Part shown: in pieces, positions 12,701 through 25,005 of the stretch | Numbering within the stretch: the first letter of the stretch is position 1 | Layout: the number at the start of each line of letters is the position of its first letter | Origin: Eledone cirrhosa | Taxonomy: Eukaryota | Assembly (NCBI GenBank): GCA_964016885.1 | Contig: OZ024740.1 | Span: forward strand, 53,630,001-53,694,000 | Reading direction: 5' to 3' | DNA length: 64,000 nucleotides | Made by a program: the position numbers and the translations under genes | Notes under the pieces: generated by a model | The model's input: only the letters and a program-made list of their open reading frames with translations | Database searches by the model: none | Told to the model about the DNA's origin: nothing

Positions 12701-15500
12701 TAGAGTCCATTAGGTTTAGTAAGGCTTTAGCAATAGACAAAAATAGAGCAGAGGGAGAATTAGTCAGAAAATTAGACGAGGCGCTTTGCAAAGGCATCGC
12801 GACCGACGTACTTGCGGCGAAATTGGCACTTGACCAATTCTTCAATGCAAAGCACGAAGGCTGCGTTGTCAGAGCTAGGGTGCGTGCTCTCAGACACGAG
12901 GGGACGAAAGCCATTCAATGGGCCCGAGTGGCGGAGGCGCGTCGTGGCAACAAAGCCACGATCCGGTCTTTCGTGGACCACGACGGGCGCATGCTACTCG
13001 ATCCCAGGAAAATGTGTGAAGCTTTTCAGCGACACTTCGCTCAACTGTTCGGGGGCAGTGGCGGGCCGGATCGAGGGATGGACTTTAGTGTGTACCTCGA
13101 CGGACTGCCGCGGCTCTCGGCCACTGAGGGGGAGTGTTGCGAAAAGCCGATAACAGCCGCTGAAGTACGGGAGGCAATGACTTGCTGCACAAGGGTTAAA
13201 TCGCCTGGTTTGGATAGTCTGCCCTATGAACTTTACGTACAAGTGCCAGACTTGTTCGAAGGCCTCTTGGCGGACGTCTACTGCAACTGGCAACAGAACG
13301 GGAGAATTCCCAGCTCTGTGAGCCGAGGAGCGGTGGCACTACTGAGAAAATATCCGAACAAGGGGGATAACATAGATAATTTCAGGCCCATAACTCTGCT
13401 AAACACGGAGTTCAAGATTTTGGCCAAGGTGCTAGCAAAGAGGTTGGCGCTTGTCGTTGGTGGTCTGGTGGGAGAGGCGCAGACATGCGCCATTCCCAAC
13501 AGATCCAACAACGTCAACCTCCACCTCATGCGATACATCGTAGAGAGGGTAGCTAGGGAACCTGGCACGGGTGGGTCTTTGATCAATTTAGATCAGTCGA
13601 AAGCTTTCGATAGGGTCGACCATCGTTACCTAGCGGCAGTCCTGAGGGCGGCTGGATTTGGGCCCGTCTTCAGAGGCTGGACCGCTGCCATCCACAGCGA
13701 CATCTGCTCTGTGGTGAGAGTGAACGGTCACCTTTCGGAACCGTTCAACATCATGCGCTCGGTCCGCCAAGGATGTCCCCTCTCGTCCCTCTTGTACGTA
13801 TTGACTCTTGAGCCATTACTGCACAAATTGGAGACGTTGAGGGGCGTCCCGCGCGAACTAGGATGCGGAAGATCCGTGTCAGCATATGCAGACGATGTCA
13901 CCGTAGTGGTGTCGAACGCCAAACACATCGAGGCGATCGGCACTACACTAAGAGAATACGAAGCGGTGACAGGAGCAATGATGAACCAGGAAAAGTCAGT
14001 GGGCCTGCAGCTCAGCACCTGGAGAGGCAGGTCTATGCCGTCCAACAGCGTCGTCGGGCGCTGGACGGACGGACCGGTTAAATTGCTAGGGGTCTGGTTC
14101 GGTCCGGACCTCCAGATGGACAAAAACTGGGACGAGGTGACCAGCAGGGTGGCTTCTCTCACCCAGAAATGGGCCGAGAGGAAGCTATCCCTGAAAGGTC
14201 GAGCGGAGGTGGCTAACGCGTATATCGCGTCCGTCATCTACTACCGCCTGACCGTCGTACCTTGTCCTAAGCCCCGCCTGACTGCGCTGGAGTGTTTGCT
14301 CTTTCGCTTATTGTGGAAGGGACGCGCTCCGATGGCCAGGCGGTCCATCTGCTGTCAACACCCGCTACGTGGAGGGCTGTGAATGCCGTGGCTGATGATG
14401 CGCAGACACCCGCTCAGGCTACGACATCTCCACCTCTTCCTCGACGGTGATCAGGTGTGGTCTCCGTTTGCTAGACACGTCTTTCCCCAGCTCGTCTCCT
14501 TGACGGAGCTGCAGTCCTGGGTCAATCGAAGACCGAGAGGGAGAGCTTGGACACTGGAATGTCTTCAGGCGCTCACAGCCCTCGACCAATCGGGCAATGT
14601 GATCGGTGGAAACTCCACCTTGGCGTTCTATAGAGGATTTGTGGAGGGGAAGAGCGACGACGTACTTGGGGAAACTCTAGGCGTCGTCGAAAATCAACTA
14701 GCCAATCTCTTCGGAAGAACTTTCGGGCCGGGGCCTATGGACAACTTCCAGAAATCCCTGGCCTGACAGTGCTACCGAGGAGCTTTGCCAGTTCGGGATA
14801 AACTTTACAGGCATGGAGGTGCCGTCAGCCGGGCATGTCCGAGATGCGCGCAGGGCGACGAAACCGTCCTGCACGCACTCGTCCAGTTTCCGAGCATTGC
14901 TGACTTGTGGGTTTATGTCGAACACCTGCTGTCACGTGTAGAACGGATCCGTCTATCAGCTGAGTCCATCGTGAGGATTGCCCCGCTCTCCTCCTTTAGC
15001 CGGGAAGGGCAGGCAGTTTTTATCTGTCTGGTGGCCATGGCGAAAGAGATAGTATGGTGGACACGTTTGAAAGGGCTGAAGACGAGCACTTACTTCTTCG
15101 GTGATGCCCTGATTGACTTTTTCAAATTTCCTTTGAAAAGGAAAATCAGGGTAGAGAGGGAAGTGCTCTCTTCCCAGCATTTTGTTGAAAGATGGGTGAG
15201 AGAGGCAAGAATGGCCCGAGTGATTGGGCCTACTCTGAGTATGTGTCTGTAAATTAAAGGTGGAAAACTGGGAGAGGGCACTTGCCCTGGTGGTCAGGGT
15301 CACTGTGTCTTTTTAATGGGCTTTCTCCACCAATGTCCCTCGGAAGTCTCCCCCCTATTGGGGAATTTTTTCATTGTTCTATTATTACATCCTCTGTTTC
15401 TTGTTTTTTACACGCAGAAATGCCCATTTGTACCGCCCTTTATTGTTCTGTACTGTCGTTAATGTCTACTTTATGTAAACCCTTGTGGTTAATAAAGAAA

Positions 15501-15502
<2 letters not shown>
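9702..15502 (+). mobile_element. Apparently full-length Tx1/L1-clade LINE (ORF1 and ORF2), mildly decayed
   Basis: Frameshifted ORF1 (10283-11799) has CCHC CVVCGEGTHLRAFC and a Pro/Thr-rich tract. ORF2 (11834-15252) has APE, RT and a C-terminal knuckle. Begins and ends in (ATT)n. Confidence 0.92.
11834..15252 (+). pseudogene. LINE ORF2 (APE endonuclease-RT-zinc knuckle) with a frameshift and two stops
   Basis: APE motifs SINARGL, VYAP, GDWN, SYLDRVF and TDH; RT motifs QGCPLS and YADD. ORF pieces 11834..12127, 12064..14382, 14383..14766 and 14785..15252. Confidence 0.9.
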
Positions 15503-15562
<60 letters not shown>

Positions 15563-15780
15563 GGACGGTGGATTAGCGGTATCGGTAGAGAGTCAGACAC
15601 CATGCTTTGCAGCATAGAGATACGGTCCTTTACGGTCTAGGTTCAAATCCCGCCGAGGTTAGCTTTGCCTTTCATGCTTGTGGTGTCGATAAATTAAAGC
15701 ACCAATAATGTACTGAGTTCGATTTAATCGACTTTCCCCTCCCCCCAAATTACTGGCCTTGTGCGCTTATAGAAGAAATC
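15563..15780 (+). mobile_element. tRNA-derived SINE
   Basis: Same family as 4496-4720. B box GTTCAAATCC. Confidence 0.9.
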
Positions 15781-15799
15781 ATTATTATCGCCGTTGTTA

Positions 15800-16145
15800 T
15801 TGTTGTTATTTTTGTTCTTATTCCAACGGATTTTAGTGAAGGACTTTCCAATTTCCGACAAGCATTGTACTGGGTTTAAATTGTTATATATAGTAAACTT
15901 TGGTGGCAGTTGTAGAATATGTTGTACTTCTTCGTTGGTTGTAGTGTCACCATAGATGTTTAGTGTATTGTCTCTGGTAAATTCTGTAGGTATTGTGACA
16001 TCTGGCATATAAATATTGTTAACATTGTCGGGGTATTTTTGTAAGTTTTCTTGCTCCTTTTCTTGTTTTTGTCCTTCATCCATCTTAATTTTGTAGTAAG
16101 ATGTTTTTTTGCATTCACTTTGAGCGTATTTTGTTTCTTGTCGAA
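15800..16145 (-). mobile_element. Probable PLE N-terminal ORF fragment
   Basis: ILQLPPKFTI...KSFTKIRW resembles the pre-RT motif of the other PLEs here (LLHLGPKFIV in ORF 53200..53754). Confidence 0.55.
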
Positions 16146-16534
16146 TTATATTTATATATATATATATATATATATGAAAAAGTTTGTCCTCATCAGTGGC
16201 CTTCCAACCGTCGTAGGCATTTCGTCGCATTAAAGGCCATATACCTCAGGTTGGTGCGAGCAACGGCTAAAAAAAGTCGTTGGGGCACGTAAATAGAGGG
16301 GACGCTAGGGTAAACAAACGAAATGGTTTAAGCAACAGAAAGTGATGAAGAAGAAAGAAACAAGTCCCAGATTTCTATGAATATAAATTCGGTGGAATCG
16401 TGAACGAGAGAATAAAGACCATCAAACCTGGTTGAAATGTGAGCAAGGAAGGAGTTTCGCACAGGTCTAACGGGAGGAAGAAGGGGTCTGGTCTGCGAAT
16501 TCGGTAAACATAAGTTCTGTGAAGTCGCAGACGT

Positions 16535-16581
<47 letters not shown>

Positions 16582-16699
16582 TTGTGTGTATGCATGTGCA
16601 TGTTTTTTTGGGTGGGGGCGTGTGTGTGTATATATATATATATATATATGTACATAAATATAAACATACAAGCACAGGTATGTTTATATATATATATGT

Positions 16700-16941
16700 C
16701 GTTTCTGAATTTGTTTAGTAAGATTCTTTATCTGAAAACGTGTGTTGAAACCGATATTGCTATACTTTGGGAGGGTTATGTTGCCAATAAAAAACACACG
16801 CACCTGTTGATCTCACTTCAATTTATTATAATAAATTTATAAATTCCTAAATTTATAAATTTATTATAATAAATTGAAGTGAAAGCGACTGGTGCGTGTG
16901 TTTCTTATTGGCAAGATGACCCTCCCAAAGTATAACAATAT
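16700..16941. repeat. Fold-back of the PLE pseudo-LTR/ORF-start segment
   Basis: Inverted arms meet near 16845. The same sequence occurs at 28906-29062. Confidence 0.85.
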
Positions 16942-17099
16942 ATATATATGAATGTATGCATAGTATATTTGGCAATATACCGTATGTTTGATTAAAAACA
17001 TTTAGAAGACCATACGCTATCAGTTTTAAAGGTGTGATATGTCACTTACTTCTTTTCGGCGAAAGAAGAGAAAGCAGCTGACAGTCTGCTATATAAATC

Positions 17100-17190
<91 letters not shown>

Positions 17191-17194
<4 letters not shown>

Positions 17195-18032
17195 ATCAAG
17201 GTTTAGCAAATATGAAAAAGTTTCAAAATAAATTTTAAAAAATTAACTTTACTCACTATGGTTACCTTTACCGAATCGGTTTCGAGTCTCAAAAATAAAC
17301 GGACAGTCCATACGGCATCCGTTGCAAAGATAAACTCTTGTCAGAAGGATCTTTTCACTCGGAGAATATATAATTCCCGAGTTCAAATTACGAACTGGCG
17401 CTATTCAAAATTGTTCCCGAGATGAGAGTAAATGATGTGGGAGCAATTCCTTCAAGTGCCGTGTGTAAAGATAGAAGCAAAGGCAGGGAGGTGAGTCTAC
17501 TACCACTATAACTAGCAGCAGTCAGAACGACCAAATTTTTTCTCGACCAAGAGGAGAATAATAATAAAGTATATATATCCCTACAAGCACAAAGAGCTTA
17601 GGGAAACATGTATTGTCCAACTATATGTCAATGTGGTTCAATGGCAGGTTAATAAATTAACGAGCCAGAACATATATAATCAAGGTTTAGCAAATAAGAA
17701 AAAAGTTTCAAAATAAATTTTTAAAAATTAACTTTACTCACTATGGTTACCTTTACCGAATCGGTTTCGAGACTCAAAAATAAAGGGAGAGTCCATACGG
17801 CATCCGTTGCAAAGATAAACTCTCGAAAGATAAACTCTTGAAGGTAAAGGTAACCATAGTGAGTAAAGGTAATTTTTTAAAATTTATTTTGAAACTTTTT
17901 CTTATTTGCTAAACCTTGATTATATATGTTCTGGCTCGTTAATTTATTAACCTGCCATTGAACCACATTGGCATATGGTTGGACAATACATGTTTCCCTA
18001 AGCGCTTTGTGTGTGTAGGGATATATATACTT

Positions 18033-18038
<6 letters not shown>
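17191..18038. repeat. About 484-bp tandem unit plus inverted arm, within (TA)n
   Basis: Sequence from 17191 recurs at 17675. 17843-18038 is the reverse complement of about 17560-17757. Confidence 0.88.
17265..17348 (-). ncRNA. Hammerhead-like motif with C3.A8 mismatch and long stem II
   Basis: CCUU CUGACAA GAGU...ACUC GAAA CCGAUUCGGU A AAGG. Confidence 0.65.
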
Positions 18039-18097
<59 letters not shown>

Positions 18098-18408
18098 TAG
18101 AGAGAGGTGTGTTAGATAGAATACAGAGATAAATTTATTATTTATTTGTTTGCATGGTTCTTTACATAAACATTACATTCTCTTATCCACTGATATGTCA
18201 AAACTGGAAGAAATTTATGTTAACACAAAAACAGTGATTTTTATATATTTCACAATTAATTGGCTTTCATAAAATTCATATAGAGAAATAATTTATATTT
18301 TACAAAATGGTGTCGTTTTCTCGTGATTGAATAAGATGTTGTATCAGTTTTAAGATTGCACCACTGAAGTCTATCTTCCAAAGATATTTTATCTCAAATG
18401 AGTGAAGT

Positions 18409-18625
18409 AATGATTTCTTCTATAGGCACAAGACCAGCAATTTTGGGGGAGGGGAAAGTCGATTAAATCGACACCAGTACGTTACTGGTGCTTTATTTTA
18501 TCAACCCTGTAAGGATGAAAGGCAAAGTTAACCTCGGCGGGATTTGAATTCAGATCATAAAGGGGATTAACTCTATGCTGCAAAGCATGGTGTCCGACGC
18601 TCTACCGATACTGCCATCCACCGCC
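18409..18625 (-). mobile_element. tRNA-derived SINE
   Basis: Reverse complement of the SINE family at 4496. Confidence 0.88.
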
Positions 18626-19613
18626 TTCAACTTATTGTACTCAATCAAGCCTTTCCTCTAGGTTTCTTATTATTAACTACGATTTATATTCTAACCATGT
18701 TTGTTGTGCTCGATGTTGTTGTTATCTGCTGCTGCTACTGCTGTTCTTTATTTTCCTGTTTTTTTAATTGTTATTAGCCTCAAGTAAACTCTGACAGAGC
18801 ACACCTATGGTGAAACATATTTAGAAATATATTATCCAATATATCATCCAATATATCCTTTCCTCGTTTAAATATATCCTTTCCTCGTTTCAGTGAGATG
18901 TGGCTGCTATTTCTTGTAGGTCGGTCAACAACATGAAGATGCTTTCATGGTTAATTGCTGCTTGTTTTGTCTTCTACGCAGTGACATAATATTACTGCCA
19001 TCTGCTTTATTTTTCATTTAAGTGACTTCACTAACAAATACAGCGTTGTGTCACTGATAAAATATGTATAACTCATTGGGATTTAATTTTTCTAGTGTTT
19101 TGACATTCAATGTTTATAGAGTATATGTATAAAACAATTCTTTTGTTTGGCAAGTTCATATTGTTATACCATATTACACATAATTTGACACTAAAACAAA
19201 ATCTTAAACTTTATATGTATTTTCTAAGTTGAATATTCACTAGGTTAATTAGTATAAGGTTTATAGCTTGTTCAAGAAAAAGCATGTTGAGATGAAGTGA
19301 GGAATGTAATGCAAAGTTAGTAAACAAAAAAAATGTTTAATTCATCAATATATAATGCTAGGATTCAAAGGAAATTTGTGGAATGGGTAAATATTACTTA
19401 CTGATATTGATTTGTATAGTGTTTCGTTGAAATTAAGATATAGTTTTTTTTAAAAATCGATATTGCAAGTTTCATTTAGGTGTTGATTGTGTACACCAGC
19501 GTGTGGAGTAGAGCTATTATAGTATGCGTTTCAACTCATTGCGTTCTGATGTCAATGTTTGCCAAGCTCAACTTTACTTTTCATTAATGGTTAAGCCAAT
19601 ACTAGGGGTCGAT

Positions 19614-19821
19614 TCTTCTTCTTCTTCTTCTTCTTCTTCTTCTTCTTCTTCTTCTTCTTCTTCTTCTTCTTCTTCTTCTTCTTCTTCTTCTTCTTCTTCT
19701 TCTTCTTCTTCTTCTTCTTCTTCTTCTTCTTCTTCTTCTTCTTCTTCTTCTTCTTCTTCTTCTTCTTCTTCTTCTTCTTCTTCTTCTTCTTCTTCTTCTT
19801 CTTCTTCTTCTTCTTCTTCTT
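19614..19821. repeat. (CTT)n microsatellite
   Basis: About 200 bp of perfect trinucleotide repeat. Confidence 0.98.
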
Positions 19822-22800
19822 TCTCTCTCTCTATCTCTCACTCTCTCTCACGCAAAACGAAATCGGGGGTTTTCAGAGGTGGAGAGAGAGATATGCTACA
19901 TAAGATTTAAACTGCAAGCCCTAGACACGTTACAATGGCAGTTTTCAAAAATAAATTGAGGACCCCACGTATACAAAGCAAAGGCCCTATAATCTGAAAA
20001 AAAAAAGAAAGCCGCTTTCAATGGTCCTCACAGATCACATGAAACAAGTTGCTCGACATTTTTCTGGTTTGTTAATAATGGTGACGTTCTGACATGATAG
20101 GAGAATCTACACTGTAAGATCTAGTATGTCATACTTGGTAAACGTCTATCGTAGCTGTTTTGGTTTTTGCTGTTGCTATTTTTGCCCTTCCCTTTGCTGT
20201 TGCTAGAACAATAGTTATCTGTGTGGCTGTTGTGGTTGACAGCAAATGTAGTTTCACCTTATCTGCCTAAGGACAGAAACCTTTTGGGTGATTGTTATTC
20301 CCGAATGTGTAACACCTGGCTCTCCTGTCCTCGACTACACTCCTTATCAGTTACTCACTGTTAAAATGAATGCCGCCAGGGATTTCAAGGAGGTTTGTGG
20401 GGGAGAGTATAATCTGGGTAATTATTTGGACTATTGGTAGACCTCGGGGGAATCACCTGCCCATGTTCATTCAACATTATTAAAAAATGAATGTTTATGT
20501 CAGGTGGCACATTATATGTCACCTTAGTTACCTGCTGTGCCATACAGAACGGCAGTAATATATATTCGTCAGAGGAAGGTGATTTTGCTATTTTCTTGAC
20601 CTCTTCTGTATTGAGCACAAAGCTGCCACTGTCCCATTATTGCTCCTTTTTTAATGTGCCATATGGCATCTAACGCATCCTCCAGGCACGTTTTGGCCTA
20701 TCCAGGAACAGAGTCGTCAACTTGTCTGATTTTACAGTTGATATATCCATGCTGTATGCTCCGTTTCTGCATCGTTTCGGTTACACCCTCTGGCAGAGTG
20801 AGTATGTCAAGTTAAACAATGCGGGCATTGTATTTTTGCCCGAAGCCTTCATCATTCGTCAGGATTATGTGTACGAAGTGAAAGAGATAGTTTTGTTTAT
20901 ACTGCTGTCAACGGCATGGCAAAAGTGATGCTTTTGATTCTGTTGAGTGATGCTGATGATGTTGCCACTGATACAGGGCCTTTTGCTGATGGTTATTATA
21001 GAAAATATAATCGTAGCCTACTCACTTCTGGTGGCAGAGATGATGGCTGTAGACCGTTGCACGAGAGTTAAATAGACGGCCAATCTATTGATAAGAATTA
21101 GAGTGACCTAAACTGTCCTGAACCTAACCGAAGCTAAATGTAGTGCCGACCTCCTCTAGGTGTATTGTATTATGTGGAGCTTTTCAGTGATAGAACTGTA
21201 GGATATTGCATAAATTTGTGTCTCCCATTACACTACCATCGTTAAGCACCAAGCGATTGGCGAGCCACTTTGCTAGAATCAATTCTATATTAATGAAAAT
21301 TAAGTTTTCGAAGTTGACATGATAGAAGCGACGGTAGAGCGTCGATGTAAATATAGAAGTCCAGCATCACCAGTTCGTCGATTTTTGTGAACAGCTACAC
21401 AAACTGCTGTATAAAATATGCTTAGAAACGAATAGAATGTACCCAGCATATTCCGTCAAAATTCAAAATATGGCTTTCTTGAAAAAATTATGTTTCCGTC
21501 AACTGGGCCCATCAATTCACTTTCATTCTCTCGAGTTTCTAAATACGAGTCCTATCACTGACAACATATACTTCCATGTTCGTCTTGATGAAATGGTCAA
21601 GCGTTATTTTTGTCGCTGGCATGTTGTAAGAATCTTTTAATCGATTCACCAACACTTCCTTAAACCTGTGGCTCTCTAATGCTACATACCCCTATATGTC
21701 TCTTTTGTTTGGAGACTTAAGACCTATTATTGATAATTACATCCTTCGATTTCCTCTTAAATAATATGATACACCATCTTTTTAAATATTTCATTACCAG
21801 GAAAGTTACATTCACTTACCAGTTCTCTGTATTTAGTATTTTCTAATTTGCTTGTACAGATTACACATTTGTGGTCTCAGTAACTGTGGACATCTTACAC
21901 TATCCCTATCATTTGACCCAATAAAAAATCTTTAATTGTGATGTTATGGTTTCTTTATGTTCATATTGGTGCATTCGAGAAATCCAGCCGATTAAGCCCA
22001 GGTAATTTGCACTGCCTTAGGTTTACAAGCTATTTTACATCACATTTCCTGTCGGATACATTCATACAATCCATGCAGCCGACTAATTTCTTATTCCAGT
22101 ACCCAATATATTTTATCGTGTGAAATGCTCCAAAGATATCCACTAGACGTCTAGAGAAACCTGCACTTACGCAAGTTTTCTAGACATAGACGACCACTAA
22201 CTCGGAAGCACTGCCTCAACAACAGCTACACATGACTCGGTCCATCTGTCAATCATTTGGTTCTAGGTATATACTCCAATACTATAGCTTTCCACATCAA
22301 CACTGTCAAATGTGTCATAGGCTTCGTAATCTTTATAAAAAGAGCTCGTTATTCTCGGAAATCCTGATCACATTGGCTATCTTCTAAGCAGTTATTGACC
22401 TGAAGTCGTTCAGCAATTATGTCTGCTTCCACGATTATTCCAATCGCTTTGCATGTGAAACTGTGAAAGTGTGAATAAAGCCATGTAGTTTGATTTATCT
22501 ATTGGTAATACAGTGTATCAAAACTTTGTCCATGGAAAGCCAATATACCCACAAGTACCTTCTTTTGAGATTCTTTATAGAAACTCCCATATCATATGGA
22601 AACGTTTCAAGAGCCGCAAGTAGATGCCAGTTATTCTGTCTCTGAAATCTATCAGTTTTTGACACCTAGTAGAATTCATTTATTTCCGCCCCATCTGTTG
22701 TGTTTCTGTGTTTTATTAGCACACTACACAGAGTTTGATTACTGATATTGATTCGCCACCCCCTCTAATTTGTTTGAGAAACTTCAGGCTGTCATGCATT

Positions 22801-23299
22801 TAGACCTTATTTTTATTACTATCAGTTTCTTGTATTCCACACTTATCTATTTTCCGCCATGGATTATTGAATGAGGACTGAAAGCAGAGGGCTTGCAGAA
22901 TATTTGGTAAACAGTGGCGAAGAGTTGTTGCAATATGCAGCAGAAAATATGGGTATAGATACAGATGAAATGGTTGGTAAGGAGGAAATTAACTAAAGTT
23001 TTGAAGAGAAGAGAAAATACTATCTTCTGGAAATGCGAATGCATAGGAAGTTTGAAAAAGTTACACAGGAAATCAAGGATAAATCAACATCATAGGCATG
23101 ACTTAACAAGGCGATTTGAAACGTACCACTGAAGGCCTCATAATTGCAGCTAATATCTACTAAACCGTAGATACCAGAGATGTAGACTCTGCGAAAAGAA
23201 TGTGGAAAATGTAACCCACTTGGTAAGTGAATGTGAGAACCTTGCGCATGAGCCACCATGATAAAGTGTGTTTGTACCTCCATTGGCTGTTATGTCGTA

Positions 23300-24560
23300 A
23301 ATACCAATAGAAAGTAACAGAGAATATGTATATTGTAAAGTAATACAGTAGGATGAGAAAGCAACGGTGTTCTGGGATTATGATTTTCAGACTGATAGAA
23401 TAATTGAGCAACGTCGACCGGACATGGTCGTATTGAACAAGAAAGTCAAATGCTCTCAGATCTTAGTCACAAACATACTAAATGACATGAATATTATGAG
23501 TAAAGAGTTTGAAAAATCACCAAGTACGCCGAATTGATAGCGGAGATGGCAAGACTGTTTGCAATTCGAGAAGGTAATGTGAAAGTGGCACCATTTGTGA
23601 TTAAGGTCAATTCCATTGAAACTCCAAGTCATCTTAAAGCGATTGGGAATAACATTCAAGCAAAGGAAAAGGAAGAATGTAAACAAGACAGTTAGAATGA
23701 TACCTTGAATAGTTGTAAAAAGAACAAATGCATGCTCAAAGCTTGCGTGAAATGTTATAGACAGTTGACAAATATGAGATCTAGGCATGGACTAGGAAAA
23801 GCGACTTGAAAGTTGAAACTGAAGCAGTCTTAAGAAAGAAATTGAAAGCACCATCATAGCTGCTCATAACTATCAACACCAATCACGTTGGGAACCACAT
23901 ATACAAGGAAGGCGTATCACCAATGTGCAGGGTGTGTAAAATATTCGAGTAGACTGCGGCACACATCGTTGCCGACTGCTCTAATTTGGTGCAAATTGAA
24001 TACAAAAAATCGAGGCACGATGAAGTAGCCAAGATTATACATTGGAAACCCTGCCAGAATTGGGGGTTTGTGAGTGAAGATATGTGGTACAACCATTACT
24101 CAGAAAAGGTAATAGGATCAGAAGATTGTAAGTTTTGGGGGGACTTTACAATACAGACAAAGTAGAATAGTATAATGAATCAGACTAGAAATGTTAATAT
24201 GTAACAGACCCCTCAAGCTCGTTTGACTGAAGAGTGAAAAGAAAAGAAGAAAAGAAGAAAAGAAGAAAAGAAGAAAAGAAGAAAAGAAGAAAAATTACAA
24301 TCCCTTAAATGATGAGATTGCTCAATTTTAGTTAAAGTCATACCAGTTGTGATAGGTGTTTTGGGGTCAGTAAACCCTAAATTTGATTATTCGATAAAGG
24401 AAATGGAAACTGAGTGCCTTATAGCATTACTCCAGAAAGCCTGCCTATTGGAAACATCAGGAAAGTTATGGACAGTATGGAGACGAATTTAGTGATACAT
24501 AAGACCGCTGGTTGTAGTCCGATATCACAAAATATCCTGATTTTCAACAGCTTTTATAAA
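23300..24560 (+). mobile_element. Old, degenerate R4/Dong-type LINE fragments
   Basis: Manual translation gives WDYDFQTDRIIEQRRPDMVVLNK, SPMCRVCK, AHIVADC, RHDEVAKIIHW, PVVIGVLG and LQKACLLET. Confidence 0.75.
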
Positions 24561-24579
24561 AAAACATTCTAAAGTAATA

Positions 24580-24797
24580 ATTGTTTCTTATTTAGACACA
24601 AGGCCAGCAATTTGGGAGGAGGGCAAAGTCGATTAAATCGACCCCAGTGCGTGACTGGTATTTTATTTTATCGACCCCGTAAGGATGAAAGGCAAAGTTA
24701 ACCTTGGCGGAATTTGAACTCAGATCGTAAAGGGTCGTAACTCTATGCTGCAAAGCATGGTGTCAGATCCTCTACCGATACTGTCAATCCACCGCTC
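24580..24797 (-). mobile_element. tRNA-derived SINE
   Basis: Same family, tandem with the next copy. Confidence 0.9.
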
Positions 24798-24801
24798 TAA
24801 T

Positions 24802-24984
24802 AATTGTTTCTACTTTTGGCACCAATTATCCCAGTGCATTACTGGTACTTTATTTTATCGACCCCGTAAGGATGAAAGGCAAAGTTAACCTCGGCGGGAT
24901 TTGAACTCAGATCATAAAGGGAGGTAACTCTATGCTTCAAAGCATGGCGCCTGACCATCTACCGATACTGCCAATCCACCGCCC
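24802..24984 (-). mobile_element. tRNA-derived SINE, short 3' variant
   Basis: Same family; lacks the gtcgatttaatcgac hairpin segment. Confidence 0.88.
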
Positions 24985-25005
24985 TAATAATAATAGTAAT
25001 AATAA

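Noticed and set aside
16175-16240. CUGAUGA on the minus strand with a nearby GAAA
   Set aside because: No stem II partner; the sequence is cut off by (TA)n.
16728-16760. CUGAAAA...GAAAC hammerhead look-alike
   Set aside because: No stem II, and it is antisense to the putative ORF start.
20000-22850. Unique-looking sequence that might hold exons or old transposons
   Set aside because: No recognisable protein motif or reliable splice pattern.
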